Virus record (IMG/VR): IMGVR_UViG_2579778884_000014
DNA: 41,415 nucleotides
Source of the DNA: a virus
Taxonomy: Duplodnaviria > Heunggongvirae > Uroviricota > Caudoviricetes
Direction: 5' to 3' (one strand)
In this document: piece by piece, positions 27,961-37,603 of the stretch
Numbering within the stretch: the stretch's first letter is position 1
Layout of the letters: every line of letters begins with the position of its first letter
Notes under the pieces: model-generated
The model's database searches: none
Told to the model about the DNA's origin: nothing
The model's input: only the letters and a program-made list of their open reading frames with translations
Position numbers and translations under genes: made by a program

Positions 27961-28080
27961 TGCTTTCACCTCATACAATTTTAGTGGTATTTAGCAACAA
28001 CAAACGAGGTTTGTCAAATACAACAAAAATTGTTTTTAATGTGGGGATACACATTAATACAACCCAGAAGGACTAATCCC
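27961..28080. promoter_or_regulatory. Immunity switch region: divergent promoters and dyad operators
   Basis: Dyads ACAAAC-GAG-GTTTGT (28000..28014) and AACAA-AAA-TTGTT (28022..28034); back-to-back -35 hexamers (TTGACA on minus / TTGTCA on plus at 28011..28017); plus-strand -10-like TTTAAT at 28035..28040. Confidence 0.5.
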
Positions 28081-28704
28081 ATGTCTCTCGCAGCCCGTTT
28101 TAAAGCACGTCGTTTGGAATTAGGAATGACTCAAGTGGAAGTAGCGAATTCTGCAGGGGTTAGCCAACAATCCATAGAATCCATCGAAAGTGGACGAACC
28201 AGAAAGCCACGCAATCTTCTGGATCTGGCTAAGGCCTTGAAATGTAGCCCAGACTGGCTACTGAACGGTAAAAATATTATGCCTCTCGCGGAGATAAGTA
28301 CCAGACGCATACCTATATTAAGTTACGTTCAGGCAGGAGAGCTTACAGAAGCAAGAGACATAACAGATCTGACAGGGGAATTTGAATATATTTTGGCAGA
28401 CTCTGACATTCCAGAAACATGCTTCGCATTACGTATCGATGGCGACAGCATGCAACCAGAGTTTAAAGAAGGAGACATTGTTATCATCGATCCTGATCTA
28501 TGTCCTGCACCAGGGGAGTTTGTTGTCGCCAAAAACGACGGTCACGAAGCTACATTTAAAAAATACCGTCCATTAGGAATCGGCATCGACGACTTTGAAT
28601 TAATCCCCCTAAATCCTGATTACCCTATTTTTCGTAGTGCAGATATGAACTTACAGATCATAGGTGTAATGATCGAACACCGTATTTACCGCCGTAAACG
28701 TTAG
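28081..28704 (+). CDS. CI-like repressor (HTH plus S24 LexA-type autopeptidase)
   Basis: N-terminal HTH ...MTQVEVANSAGVSQQSIESIESG...; C-terminal ...IDGDSMQPEFKEGDIVIID... carries the Ser/Lys dyad context of S24 peptidases. Start at the ATG at 28081 (AAGGA Shine-Dalgarno); the track's upstream start is a TTG. Confidence 0.85.
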   Translation: MSLAARFKARRLELGMTQVEVANSAGVSQQSIESIESGRTRKPRNLLDLAKALKCSPDWLLNGKNIMPLAEISTRRIPILSYVQAGELTEARDITDLTGEFEYILADSDIPETCFALRIDGDSMQPEFKEGDIVIIDPDLCPAPGEFVVAKNDGHEATFKKYRPLGIGIDDFELIPLNPDYPIFRSADMNLQIIGVMIEHRIYRRKR

Positions 28705-28723
28705 TATTCCCACCGTAAATATC

Positions 28724-28743
28724 GGGAGGCGTAACAGCCTCCC
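28724..28743 (+). terminator. Hairpin downstream of the repressor gene (weak terminator candidate)
   Basis: GGGAGGC-GTAACA-GCCTCCC perfect 7 bp stem 20 nt after the repressor stop; poor U-tract. A second AU-rich hairpin CCACAAA-n8-TTTGTGG plus TTTAC follows at 28809..28833. Confidence 0.3.
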
Positions 28744-29026
28744 TTACCCCATTTGTAAAGTCTTACAAATTAAATTCACTTAAATATCAATAAAGTAGTA
28801 TTCACACCCCACAAAATACCACATTTGTGGTTTACATAATACAACTCAAATTGTATCTTTAGCCACAAGTCGAACGGCGCGACTCTAAACCATGCGTCGG
28901 GACCGTGGCGGGACAGGATGTCGGCAATACGGGTCAGTAAGTTCCCTTTGGGGTGCGGCGAAGCACTGTCTACTGATACAAGTCGAAGCCGCCGAACCAC
29001 CAAAGTGAACTGAATGAGGAAACGGC

Positions 29027-29221
29027 GTGAAAACGTATAAACCGCTCAAAGGTGAATGCCCTGCTTGCCAAACACAGCTTCTGACACCAAAGCCAAAACG
29101 ATACCAAATCAACGAATGTTATGAGCACTGCCCTGGATGTGGTGCTTTCCTGCATACCATTGCAACGCACTGGCGTGTCCGCTTCAACCTTGTGGTACCA
29201 CGTACGCACAATACCAACTGA
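29027..29221 (+). CDS. Small zinc-ribbon protein (two CxxC pairs)
   Basis: 64 aa from a GTG start with GAGGAA Shine-Dalgarno; CPAC...CPGC spacing suggests a zinc ribbon; followed by its own terminator. Confidence 0.5.
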   Translation: MKTYKPLKGECPACQTQLLTPKPKRYQINECYEHCPGCGAFLHTIATHWRVRFNLVVPRTHNTN

Positions 29222-29250
29222 ATCATCCATGTAATTGCTGTGTGTAGTCT

Positions 29251-29280
29251 TTGCCCGCCTCACGTGACGGGCTTTTTTAT
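29251..29280 (+). terminator. Intrinsic terminator
   Basis: GCCCG...CGGGC stem with an internal CACGTG palindrome, followed by TTTTTTAT. Confidence 0.65.
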
Positions 29281-29337
29281 GTCTGAAAGCGCACTCGCAA
29301 CAGCGTGCTCCCCGATATGAAAAAAGGAATACAACCG

Positions 29338-29487
29338 ATGAAACCTGAACACATCCATCGACTGACGGGGCGCGATGTTCTCCGTTATCGCCGTAAAAAC
29401 TTCGATTTGATGACCGGTCTGGCCGTTGCCACTGCGCTCGGTCTGATCATCACTTTCATTCTCCTTGTAGCGAGGACCACAGTATGA
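29338..29487 (+). CDS. Small single-pass membrane protein
   Basis: 49 aa from the ATG with an AAGGAA Shine-Dalgarno (track ORF starts earlier at a GTG); hydrophobic C-terminal segment LAVATALGLIITFILLV; first gene of the plus-strand operon. Confidence 0.4.
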   Translation: MKPEHIHRLTGRDVLRYRRKNFDLMTGLAVATALGLIITFILLVARTTV

Positions 29488-30386
29488 GTTTAGAAACCAG
29501 TCTAGAACTTAATAATCAACTTCTGGCACAACATAATGCGCTGCTTGAACGTCTTATCCGCACAATGGCATCAGGCATTGTTATGCATCCTGACACGATT
29601 TCACGAGTGCAGGAATGTCGGGATACAGCAACTGAAACTGAAAATATGTCAGCGGCAATGACACTGGATGATCTGGAGTTCAGCGACGTTATCGCACTGG
29701 CTGGTTTCTACCCGGTAGCCACCCCTATCACAGAAGACATGCTGCAACGTGCTGTTGCCTACCGTGATGCTGAAGGCGATAAACGAGTTGTTCAGATTGA
29801 TGCTCTCGACAGCGCATTGCAGGGCGTCAAACGAGCCAGGGCGCTGCTTAAACCTGCTCTCCTGGACCTGTCCCGTAACATCCTTAAGTTCTGGGACGAC
29901 CTGCCAACCATCGGCGAGCGACGTGCTTTTGCCGAGCAGCTACTTGATGCACCTGCAGATGGGCGTGATGAAGTTAAGCCGAAAAAGGCCAGTAACAAAG
30001 ATGGAGAACGCACGGGGCCGTTTTACGTCAAAAATGTATCCGGCACAGCAGCCAGTGAACTCCATACCTTACGCAAGTTGAACGAGATGCTTAAAAAAGG
30101 CCATATCGAGATCAACCGTGTTGAGTACCTTCAGCTGCAGGAAGAATTTGCACGCAGAGACGCAGCAAATTCCAGCCAGAATAATGACGCCAAAGATGAC
30201 CATACAATTGATTTCGCGGCACTACGCAAACAAGCTGAAGGGTTGATCCTCCAGTTAGCAAAAGGGGGTTACCGGGCAGAAGCTATTGCAATTCTGGAAA
30301 AACAGGGAGCCAGGAAACTTGGTGAAGTAACGGATGAAAATCTCGCTGAAGTAATCACCCTGGCTGAAAAAGCACTGGAGGGTTAA
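29484..30386 (+). CDS. Hypothetical protein
   Basis: 300 aa ORF translationally coupled (ATGA overlap) to the preceding small gene; no motif recognised. Confidence 0.6.
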   Translation: MSLETSLELNNQLLAQHNALLERLIRTMASGIVMHPDTISRVQECRDTATETENMSAAMTLDDLEFSDVIALAGFYPVATPITEDMLQRAVAYRDAEGDKRVVQIDALDSALQGVKRARALLKPALLDLSRNILKFWDDLPTIGERRAFAEQLLDAPADGRDEVKPKKASNKDGERTGPFYVKNVSGTAASELHTLRKLNEMLKKGHIEINRVEYLQLQEEFARRDAANSSQNNDAKDDHTIDFAALRKQAEGLILQLAKGGYRAEAIAILEKQGARKLGEVTDENLAEVITLAEKALEG

Positions 30387-30388
30387 TC

Positions 30389-31690
30389 ATGCCAGACGTT
30401 CATGCACAACTTTCTCCATCATCAGCGCATCGATGGATGCGCTGCCCAGGAAGTCTGGCGCTGGAGGCCACACAACCGGATAAAGAAACAACTTTTGCAA
30501 TCGAGGGCACTGCAGCGCATGCACTTGCCGAAAAGGTGCTGCGCAACCGCCAGAGCCACCCGGAGCACTATGCAGGTTGCAACGTCGCGATGTTCCTTGG
30601 ATCCTATCCTCTTGCTGAGCACCCGGATGATACTTCCGGCCCGCAGGTAGATGAGGAAATGGTCGAAGCCGTTGGTCGTTACGTCGACACTGTTTGGGCG
30701 CTGGCGCAGGGCAATGAGCTGCTGGTCGAGCAGCGTGTCGACTTCTCCCATATAACGGGTGTGGAAGAATCTTTCGGAACTGCCGACAGCATAATCATTG
30801 CTGGTAGCGAATTACAAATCCACGACCTGAAATATGGCAAAGGCGTCCGCATTGATGCAGAACAAAATGAGCAACTACAACTGTATGCTCTGGGTGCGCT
30901 CGAACAATTCAGCATGCTGTATGACTTTGAGACTGTAAGATTATTTATTCACCAGCCGCGGCTTAACCACGTTTCAGAGTGGGCTCTGACGGTGGAAGAG
31001 CTCCAGGCGTTCGGTGAACGGGCACAGGAGGCCGCAACCAGTGCGATCCTTGTTCTCAATATTGCTGAATGCGAAGGCATTGAGACACTACCGCTGGAAA
31101 ACTTCATACCTGGAGAAAAACAGTGCCGCTTCTGTAAAGCAAAAGCTATTTGCACTGCCCAGAAAATGCAGCATTTACAAACAGCGGCCAGCGACTTTGA
31201 AGATCTGACAAAGCCTGTCAGCGAAATAATCACCAATGCCAGCGCACGTGTACCTCTGTTAACCATTGAGCAGCTTGCGGAGATCTATAGCCAGACCGAC
31301 TTTATTGAGTCCTGGCTAAAGGCAGTACGGGACCGGGTTCACAATGAACTCAATGCCGGACATCCGGTACCGGGGTTTAAACTGGTAACAGGAAAACAAG
31401 GTAACCGGGCCTGGAGTGATGAAGAGGCAGCTCGCGCACTTCTGAAGGACCAGTTCAGGTACAAAACTGAAGAAGTATTCGACTTTAAACTTATTAGTCC
31501 CACAAAAGCCGAAAAACTTATCAAAAAGGCCAGTCCGCGCCGTTGGTCAAAAGTCGAGGCACTGATAACACGAGCTGATGGTAAACCCACCGTCGTTCCC
31601 GAGTCAGACCCACGCCCCGCACTCAATATCAACCCTGTAAATGATTTCGACGACGTATCCGACGATACGCTAACCGCAGACCTCATCTGA
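30389..31690 (+). CDS. PD-(D/E)XK nuclease, Cas4/RecB-like (DUF2800-type)
   Basis: 433 aa; N-terminal ...[14 protein letters not shown]... and C-terminal cysteine cluster ...[10 protein letters not shown]... as in Cas4-like Fe-S nucleases; precedes an SSB-like gene and a family A polymerase. Confidence 0.7.
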   Translation: MPDVHAQLSPSSAHRWMRCPGSLALEATQPDKETTFAIEGTAAHALAEKVLRNRQSHPEHYAGCNVAMFLGSYPLAEHPDDTSGPQVDEEMVEAVGRYVDTVWALAQGNELLVEQRVDFSHITGVEESFGTADSIIIAGSELQIHDLKYGKGVRIDAEQNEQLQLYALGALEQFSMLYDFETVRLFIHQPRLNHVSEWALTVEELQAFGERAQEAATSAILVLNIAECEGIETLPLENFIPGEKQCRFCKAKAICTAQKMQHLQTAASDFEDLTKPVSEIITNASARVPLLTIEQLAEIYSQTDFIESWLKAVRDRVHNELNAGHPVPGFKLVTGKQGNRAWSDEEAARALLKDQFRYKTEEVFDFKLISPTKAEKLIKKASPRRWSKVEALITRADGKPTVVPESDPRPALNINPVNDFDDVSDDTLTADLI

Positions 31691-31705
31691 TTTAAGGAAA
31701 TCCCC

Positions 31706-32254
31706 ATGAAACTGAAGCTGAACAATGTTCGTCTGGCCTTCCCGTCTCTGTTTGAAGCTAAAACTGTAAACGGCGAAGGCGATCCGCGTTTCTCCGCAGT
31801 ATTTTTAATGTCTCCCAAACACCCACAACTGGAAGAAATCCGTAAAGCTATGAAGCAGGTAGCGAAGGAAAAATGGGGGGAGAAGTGGGAGTCCATTTAT
31901 AACCAGCTGGAGAAAAAACTCAATCTGTGCCTGCATGATGGTGATGAAAAAGCAGAGTATGAAGGCTTTCCCGGCAATTTCTTCCTGAACGCTGCTAACA
32001 AAGCGCGCCCAGCTGTTCTTGATCGCGATCGTTCGCCACTAATTCAGGCTGATGGACGTCCCTATGCAGGGTGCTATGTAAACGCCGTTATCGATATCTG
32101 GGCACAGGACAATAATTTCGGTAAACGCATTAATGCCTCACTCGGCGGAGTCCAGTTCCTGCGAGACGGCGATGCATTCGCTGGCGGCGGAGTGGCAAGC
32201 GCTGACGATTTCGACGATATCAGCGAAGGTGCTGATGCTGAAGCACTAATTTAA
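31706..32254 (+). CDS. ssDNA-binding protein-like (DUF2815-type)
   Basis: 182 aa with an acidic C-terminal tail ...DDFDDISEGADAEALI typical of SSB partner-interaction tails. Confidence 0.6.
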   Translation: MKLKLNNVRLAFPSLFEAKTVNGEGDPRFSAVFLMSPKHPQLEEIRKAMKQVAKEKWGEKWESIYNQLEKKLNLCLHDGDEKAEYEGFPGNFFLNAANKARPAVLDRDRSPLIQADGRPYAGCYVNAVIDIWAQDNNFGKRINASLGGVQFLRDGDAFAGGGVASADDFDDISEGADAEALI

Positions 32255-32290
32255 AAATATTCATCCCCCAGCTGCGTGCTGGGGGATCTC

Positions 32291-32944
32291 ATGAGGGAAA
32301 GAATAATGTCACAGCCCGTATTAACTAATTACCTTAAAACTCAAATCATCAATAACGCACTTGAGAAAGCGGGTATCCCCAAACGTAAATCAGCACTACG
32401 AGCTGCTCGTGTTGAATGGGCCGAACGTGTTCGGCTTGCAGCTATCGGGGGCGTAGAGAAAGAAGCTGAAATATTAAAAAATATAAAAAAAATAGAAACA
32501 CTGGTATCAAAATTCCCCGAAGCATTAAAAACCGCCAATAACATTATCAGGGAAGAGTGTTACATGTGTCTGAATCTGGCAGGTTCTCGGGTTACCGTCT
32601 ATTTCAACGGTAACTACCGAGGATATGAATCAGGGTCACCAGACCATATTCACAAAATCGCGCCGGGGGAATTTACCCTTCTGGCAAATGACCCTCTAGT
32701 TACAGAGTTTTACGGGTTTGATACACTTTATGAGCAGATACAGAGCGATGAGTCAGACATTCGACAGAATGTCAGCGCTGCACTCAGTAAAGTGCGCACA
32801 GTTAAGCGCCTGCTGGAAGAGTGGCCTGAAGCTAAAGAACTTCTGCCAGCCGATGCACCATCTGCTCCGCTTCCGCCAGCTATACGACGCGAAACTCTCA
32901 ACGAAATGATCGGCCTCCCTTCTGACGAAGGGGTAGATGCTTAA
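32291..32944 (+). CDS. Hypothetical protein
   Basis: Track ORF starts at a GTG at 32276 inside a GC-rich hairpin; the ATG at 32291 (GGGGGA Shine-Dalgarno) or 32306 is more plausible. Confidence 0.5.
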   Translation: MRERIMSQPVLTNYLKTQIINNALEKAGIPKRKSALRAARVEWAERVRLAAIGGVEKEAEILKNIKKIETLVSKFPEALKTANNIIREECYMCLNLAGSRVTVYFNGNYRGYESGSPDHIHKIAPGEFTLLANDPLVTEFYGFDTLYEQIQSDESDIRQNVSAALSKVRTVKRLLEEWPEAKELLPADAPSAPLPPAIRRETLNEMIGLPSDEGVDA

Positions 32945-33011
32945 TATTTCTTATAACAAAGGCTGGCTTAAGAAAATAGTTATCCAAACCAGCCTACCGC
33001 AATACTAAAAA

Positions 33012-33281
33012 TTAAAATTCATTGAATTTAAAAAGACATTTCCCTATTGGATTGCCATAGTCTCTACATACCGAAATGCTGTCCCATACAGGCTGAGCCA
33101 AACACCCAAGAAAGAACCCAATAAGCGCAAAAATTATAATTTTGGGAAGAACACGATCCTTAGGACCTTCTTCACGTTCGAGCCATGCGCCACCAGCCCG
33201 AACTATTCTCCCTAAAATATAAAGAATGGGGAAAGCAATAATACCTATCAATGAAAGTATTCCGATACCAAAGCTAAACAC
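33012..33281 (-). CDS. Small two-helix membrane protein, antisense insertion
   Basis: 89 aa from a GTG start with a strong AAGGAGA Shine-Dalgarno; two hydrophobic helices; AT-rich island on the strand opposite the surrounding operon. Confidence 0.65.
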   Translation of the reverse strand: MFSFGIGILSLIGIIAFPILYILGRIVRAGGAWLEREEGPKDRVLPKIIIFALIGFFLGCLAQPVWDSISVCRDYGNPIGKCLFKFNEF

Positions 33282-33337
33282 CGCCGTCTCCTTGTTTATT
33301 TACACCTACATAACCATATATCACACAAGGTTATTTT

Positions 33338-35401
33338 ATGTCCAATATACTATGGGGTGACCTAGAAACCTATTGCGAAATCCCTATTACGAACGGTACC
33401 CATGCGTATGCCGAAGGCGTTGAAGTGATGCTGTTCGCATGGGCTATCAACGACGAGCCCGTAAACGTGTGGGATATCACTGCCGGTGGTGGTATTCCAC
33501 ACGGCTTATACGAAGCAATCGCAGCCCCTGAAACCCTGCTTTATTTTCATAACTCTCACTTCGACCGCACCGTCCTGCGTTATGCAATGCCGCGCCTGGC
33601 ACCGCCAGTCGAACGTTGGCGCGACACAATGGTGCAGGCGCTGGCGCACGGTCTCCCGGGGTCTCTGGGGGAACTCTGCGAAGTACTAGGCGTCCCGCAA
33701 GACAAAGCGAAGGACAAAGAAGGTAAAGCGCTGATCCAGCTGTTCTGTAAGCCACGCCCGAAAAACAGCAAACTGCGCCGGGCCACCAGCAAAACCCACC
33801 CGGAAGAATGGCGGCGCTTTGTTGCTTACGCCGGACTGGATATCGAGGCAATGCGCGAAGTCTATAAACGTCTGCCGAAGTGGAATTATCAGGGGACAGA
33901 ACTGGCGCTCTGGCATCGTGATCAGCAGATCAACGACCGGGGCGTCTGCATGGACATTCAACTCGCGCGCGCTGCGATCGAAGCGGTAGACCAGGAGCAA
34001 AAGCGCCTGGCAAAGCGTACACAGGAAATGACTGATGGCGAAGTGCAGGCAGCAACACAACGGGACGCGTTGATTAAGCACATCGTTGAATCCTACGGTG
34101 TGGAGCTACCAGACATGCAACGCAGTACTCTGGAACGTCGTATAGCCGACCCCGATTTACCATCTGCCGTGAAAGAACTGCTGGCTATCCGCCTGCAGGC
34201 CAGTACTACCAGCACCAGTAAATACAAGGCACTGATGAAAGGCGTAAGCCACGACGGGCGCTTACGCGGTACGCTACAGTTCTGCGGGGCGTCACGTACC
34301 GGTCGTTGGGCCGGACGGCTATTCCAGCCCCAGAACCTTCCCCGCCCTTCACTAAAACAGGAACAAATAGACGAAGGCATCGAAGCACTGAAAGCCGGAT
34401 GTGCAGACCTGCTGTTTGACAATATCATGGAACTAACCAGTTCAGCGTTACGTGGCTGCATTATCGCGCCAACAGGCAAAAAACTGGTGGTAAGTGACTT
34501 GTCGAACATTGAAGGCCGTATGCTGGCATGGCTGGCGGGAGAAGAATGGAAACTGAATGCATTCAGAGAGTACGACGCCGGAACGGGTCCGGACTTATAT
34601 AAACTGGCGTATGCAAAAGCTTTCGATATTGCACCAGATGATGTTGATAAACACATGCGTCAGATCGGTAAAGTCATGGAACTCGGTCTGGGTTATGGAG
34701 GTGGTGTATCGGCTTTCATCACTTTTGCTCTGGTTTACGGTCTCGATCTCGACGAGCTGGCGAACGCCGCACTGCCAAACATTCCCCGCGATGTTATCCG
34801 CGAGGCGAAAAGCTGGTACAACGAATCGGTTAAACGTAAGTCGACCTTTGGCCTGTCCGAGCGTGTATTCATCGCATGTGACTCGCTCAAGCGCCTGTGG
34901 CGCAGGGCGCACCCGGCGACCTGCGATTTCTGGTACGAACTGGAGCGCACCGTCCGCACTGCAATCGCCACACCGCAAAAAACATTGTATTGCGGTTATC
35001 TTAAAATCCGCCGCGATGGCGCGTGGCTGCGCATACAGCTACCATCCGGACGCGCTGTATGCTACCCCTCTCCGGTTATCGAAAAAGGGAATATCACCTA
35101 TATGGGTGTTAACTCTTATTCGCGTAAATGGCAACGACTCAAAACCTACGGCGGAAAGCTGGTAGAGAACGTCACCCAGGCGGCCGCCCGCGACGTTCTG
35201 GCCGGAAACATGCCGCTTATCGAAGATGCCGGTTACAGCATTGTGCTGACGGTACACGACGAGGTGATCACCGAAGCACCTGACACAGAAGATTTCAACG
35301 ATAAAGCGCTTTCCGCGCTTCTCTCCACTAACCCCGAATGGGCGCCCGATATCCCACTGAACGCTGGCGGTTTTGAGGCGTACCACTACCGTAAGGATTA
35401 A
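33338..35401 (+). CDS. DNA polymerase, family A, with 3-prime-5-prime exonuclease domain
   Basis: 687 aa; exo motif ...GDLETY..., polymerase motif A-like ...[18 protein letters not shown]..., motif B-like ...[16 protein letters not shown]..., motif C ...[12 protein letters not shown]... Confidence 0.85.
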   Translation: MSNILWGDLETYCEIPITNGTHAYAEGVEVMLFAWAINDEPVNVWDITAGGGIPHGLYEAIAAPETLLYFHNSHFDRTVLRYAMPRLAPPVERWRDTMVQALAHGLPGSLGELCEVLGVPQDKAKDKEGKALIQLFCKPRPKNSKLRRATSKTHPEEWRRFVAYAGLDIEAMREVYKRLPKWNYQGTELALWHRDQQINDRGVCMDIQLARAAIEAVDQEQKRLAKRTQEMTDGEVQAATQRDALIKHIVESYGVELPDMQRSTLERRIADPDLPSAVKELLAIRLQASTTSTSKYKALMKGVSHDGRLRGTLQFCGASRTGRWAGRLFQPQNLPRPSLKQEQIDEGIEALKAGCADLLFDNIMELTSSALRGCIIAPTGKKLVVSDLSNIEGRMLAWLAGEEWKLNAFREYDAGTGPDLYKLAYAKAFDIAPDDVDKHMRQIGKVMELGLGYGGGVSAFITFALVYGLDLDELANAALPNIPRDVIREAKSWYNESVKRKSTFGLSERVFIACDSLKRLWRRAHPATCDFWYELERTVRTAIATPQKTLYCGYLKIRRDGAWLRIQLPSGRAVCYPSPVIEKGNITYMGVNSYSRKWQRLKTYGGKLVENVTQAAARDVLAGNMPLIEDAGYSIVLTVHDEVITEAPDTEDFNDKALSALLSTNPEWAPDIPLNAGGFEAYHYRKD

Positions 35402-35406
35402 TCGCT

Positions 35407-35610
35407 ATGACTGTAATCAAAACGCATACCGGAACGGTTATTACCCGCACCGGTGAAAAGCAGGTGCAATTGCATCAAAACGCGACAACGTGGGTGGCTG
35501 GCCCAAAAGAGTATTACTACAAAGACACTGGCCGCCGCGGTGGTGCTGTCGGTGTCCGCACTCGTCTGGTGCTGAGCAGCATCCGCCCAATCGAAGCAAA
35601 GCAGGAGTAA
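35407..35610 (+). CDS. Hypothetical small protein
   Basis: 67 aa ORF directly after the polymerase gene. Confidence 0.4.
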   Translation: MTVIKTHTGTVITRTGEKQVQLHQNATTWVAGPKEYYYKDTGRRGGAVGVRTRLVLSSIRPIEAKQE

Positions 35611-35615
35611 CCCCT

Positions 35616-35837
35616 ATGTCATTTAAATATCGGGACAGTCCGCTTTATTACCGGGCTGCGAGGGAGGCCTTGCGCCTTGAGCAGTCCGGCGAATATGACC
35701 GGGCAGCGAAGGTCTGGGCCAAGGCTAACCGCCAGTCACGTAACGAACTGAATCAGGACTGGAGCGAACGCCGGTCTGATTTTTGTCTGATGCAGAACAT
35801 GCGCGAAAAGCGTAAGGCGGTGAGCGATGACTTGTGA
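35616..35837 (+). CDS. Hypothetical small protein
   Basis: 73 aa from the ATG at 35616 with an AGGAG Shine-Dalgarno 8 nt upstream; the track ORF extends upstream without support. Confidence 0.45.
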   Translation: MSFKYRDSPLYYRAAREALRLEQSGEYDRAAKVWAKANRQSRNELNQDWSERRSDFCLMQNMREKRKAVSDDL

Positions 35838-36309
35838 GCAGACCATTCTTGACATGTGCTGCGGCTCTCGTATGTTTTGGTTCGACAAGGAGGACAAGCG
35901 CGCCGTGTTCAGTGATATCCGCGCCGAGCAGCATGAGCTTTGCGACGGTCGCCAGTTGGTTATAAGTCCGGACCTTATAGCTGATTTCCGCGCCCTTCCC
36001 TTTGCCGATAACACTTTCCCTGTCGTCGTTTTCGATCCGCCGCACCTCGAGCGCGTCGGCGATAACGCATGGATGAGGAAAAAGTACGGGCGGCTCAACA
36101 AAGAAACATGGCGCGATGATCTTCGCGACGGCTTCGCCGAAGCATTCAGGGTATTGCGGCCCCACGGTGTACTCATATTCAAATGGAACGAAACGCAGAT
36201 CCCGGTAAGCAATATCTTGGCGCTGACCGACGAGAAGCCGGCCATATGGCAACGAACCGGAAAAGCCGACAAAACCCACTGGGTTATTTTCGTCAAAGGT
36301 GTGGAATGA
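35827..36309 (+). CDS. Small DNA methyltransferase (phage Dam-like, DPPH motif)
   Basis: 160 aa; SAM-binding motif I-like ...ILDMCCGSRMFW... and catalytic motif IV ...VVVFDPPH... Confidence 0.65.
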   Translation: MTCEQTILDMCCGSRMFWFDKEDKRAVFSDIRAEQHELCDGRQLVISPDLIADFRALPFADNTFPVVVFDPPHLERVGDNAWMRKKYGRLNKETWRDDLRDGFAEAFRVLRPHGVLIFKWNETQIPVSNILALTDEKPAIWQRTGKADKTHWVIFVKGVE

Positions 36310-36602
36310 TGGCCTACGAACGTGAAAGCCTTATCGAAAAGCACCTCGTCGCCGAAGTGAAAAAGGCTGGCGGGGTCGCCTTTAAGTTCGTGTCACCCGG
36401 TCGCCGCTCGGTACCGGATCGCATTGTCCTGCTACCCGGCGGTCGCATCGTCTTTGTCGAATGCAAAGCGCCAAGCAAACCACCACGGCCTGACCAGTTA
36501 CGCGAGCACGAACGGCTGCGCGCGTTGGGCTTTACCGTGGTGGTATTAGATAGCAAAAATCTGGAGGGGATATTGTGCGGGGAGCCTATTACAACGAAAT
36601 AG
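36306..36602 (+). CDS. VRR-NUC domain nuclease
   Basis: 98 aa from an ATGATG start overlapping the upstream stop; ...VSPGRRSVPDRIVLLPGGRIVFVECKAPSKPPRPDQLREHERL... fits the VRR-NUC core. Confidence 0.7.
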   Translation: MMAYERESLIEKHLVAEVKKAGGVAFKFVSPGRRSVPDRIVLLPGGRIVFVECKAPSKPPRPDQLREHERLRALGFTVVVLDSKNLEGILCGEPITTK

Positions 36603-37603
36603 ACCCTAACGCAGCACAATGGCTGCGTAACCTTATTGCTGCAGGTCATATCGCCCCGGGTGAAGTTGATGAAAGGAGTATCGAAGATGTCGCACCAGAC
36701 GACTTGCGCGGATTCACACAGTGCCATTTCTTCGCCGGGATCGGCGTCTGGTCTTATGCTCTGCGTCTGGCCGGATGGCCGGATAACAAACCGGTCTGGA
36801 CAGGAAGTTGCCCGTGCCAGCCTTTCAGCTCGGCTGGTAAAGGCGCTGGGTTTGATGACGAGCGGCACCTATGGCCAGCACTATTCCACCTCATCAGCGA
36901 GCGACGCCCTAAGCTGGTATTTGGCGAACAGGTTGCGGGAGTCAATGCCTGGTTCGATCTTGTACAAACTGACGTGGAAGCAGTGGACTACGCCTTTGGG
37001 CTTGTCCCGTTTCCGGCTGCGGGCGTCGGTGCCCCGCATATCCGAGATAGAGCGTATTGGGTGGCCGACGCCAGCGGCGAGCGATCACAGCGGTGGCGAA
37101 AGCGCCTCAATAGCATTGAGGAAGATGTCTGGAGATCGTCGACCGTCCGGCAACACGCTACACAGCTCCCTGCGGAATTTTGCTCACCTAGCGGGGTGGT
37201 ACACCCCAACCTGCAACACAAACCCACAGCCGGAGACAAAACGCGGTCTAGAAACCTTAGCGGGACTATCCAGATTAGCGGGATGGCCGACAGTGACGAC
37301 GATCGACAACAACCAAGTTCGTGCCGAGGGCGCAGCGGCCAATCATACCGAACGGGGAACGACCCTCGGCGGCGCTGCGAGAATCTGCGGCCCAATACGA
37401 TTAACGGCTGCTGGGATGGTGCTGACTGGCTCCTCTGCCGGGATGGTCGCTGGCGGCCAGTTGAATCCGGCACATGCCCGTTGGCTAATGGGATTACCTC
37501 CAGAGTGGGACGACTGCGCGCCTACGGCAACGCGATAGTCGCACCAGCTGCCGCAACATTCATCCGCTCGTTTATGGAATGCGCAGGATACGACCTTATT
37601 TAA
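36575..37603 (+). CDS. DNA (cytosine-5)-methyltransferase, reading frame uncertain in the middle
   Basis: GTG start with GGAGGGG Shine-Dalgarno; motif I ...FFAGIG..., motif IV ...PCQPFS..., motif VI-like ...GEQV..., motif VIII-like ...HIRDRAYWV..., motif X ...YGNAIVAP.... The overlapping ORF 36636..37538 also looks coding. Confidence 0.7.
   Translation: MRGAYYNEIDPNAAQWLRNLIAAGHIAPGEVDERSIEDVAPDDLRGFTQCHFFAGIGVWSYALRLAGWPDNKPVWTGSCPCQPFSSAGKGAGFDDERHLWPALFHLISERRPKLVFGEQVAGVNAWFDLVQTDVEAVDYAFGLVPFPAAGVGAPHIRDRAYWVADASGERSQRWRKRLNSIEEDVWRSSTVRQHATQLPAEFCSPSGVVHPNLQHKPTAGDKTRSRNLSGTIQISGMADSDDDRQQPSSCRGRSGQSYRTGNDPRRRCENLRPNTINGCWDGADWLLCRDGRWRPVESGTCPLANGITSRVGRLRAYGNAIVAPAAATFIRSFMECAGYDLI

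Noticed and set aside
28776-29112. Two overlapping 75 aa minus-strand ORFs downstream of the repressor gene
   Set aside because: They overlap each other in different frames and lack Shine-Dalgarno sequences; one runs antisense through the zinc-ribbon gene. Region treated as non-coding or small-RNA candidate instead.
34093-34656. 187 aa minus-strand ORF, and several others, inside the family A polymerase gene
   Set aside because: Antisense shadow ORFs within a gene with clear polymerase motifs; no ribosome-binding sites.
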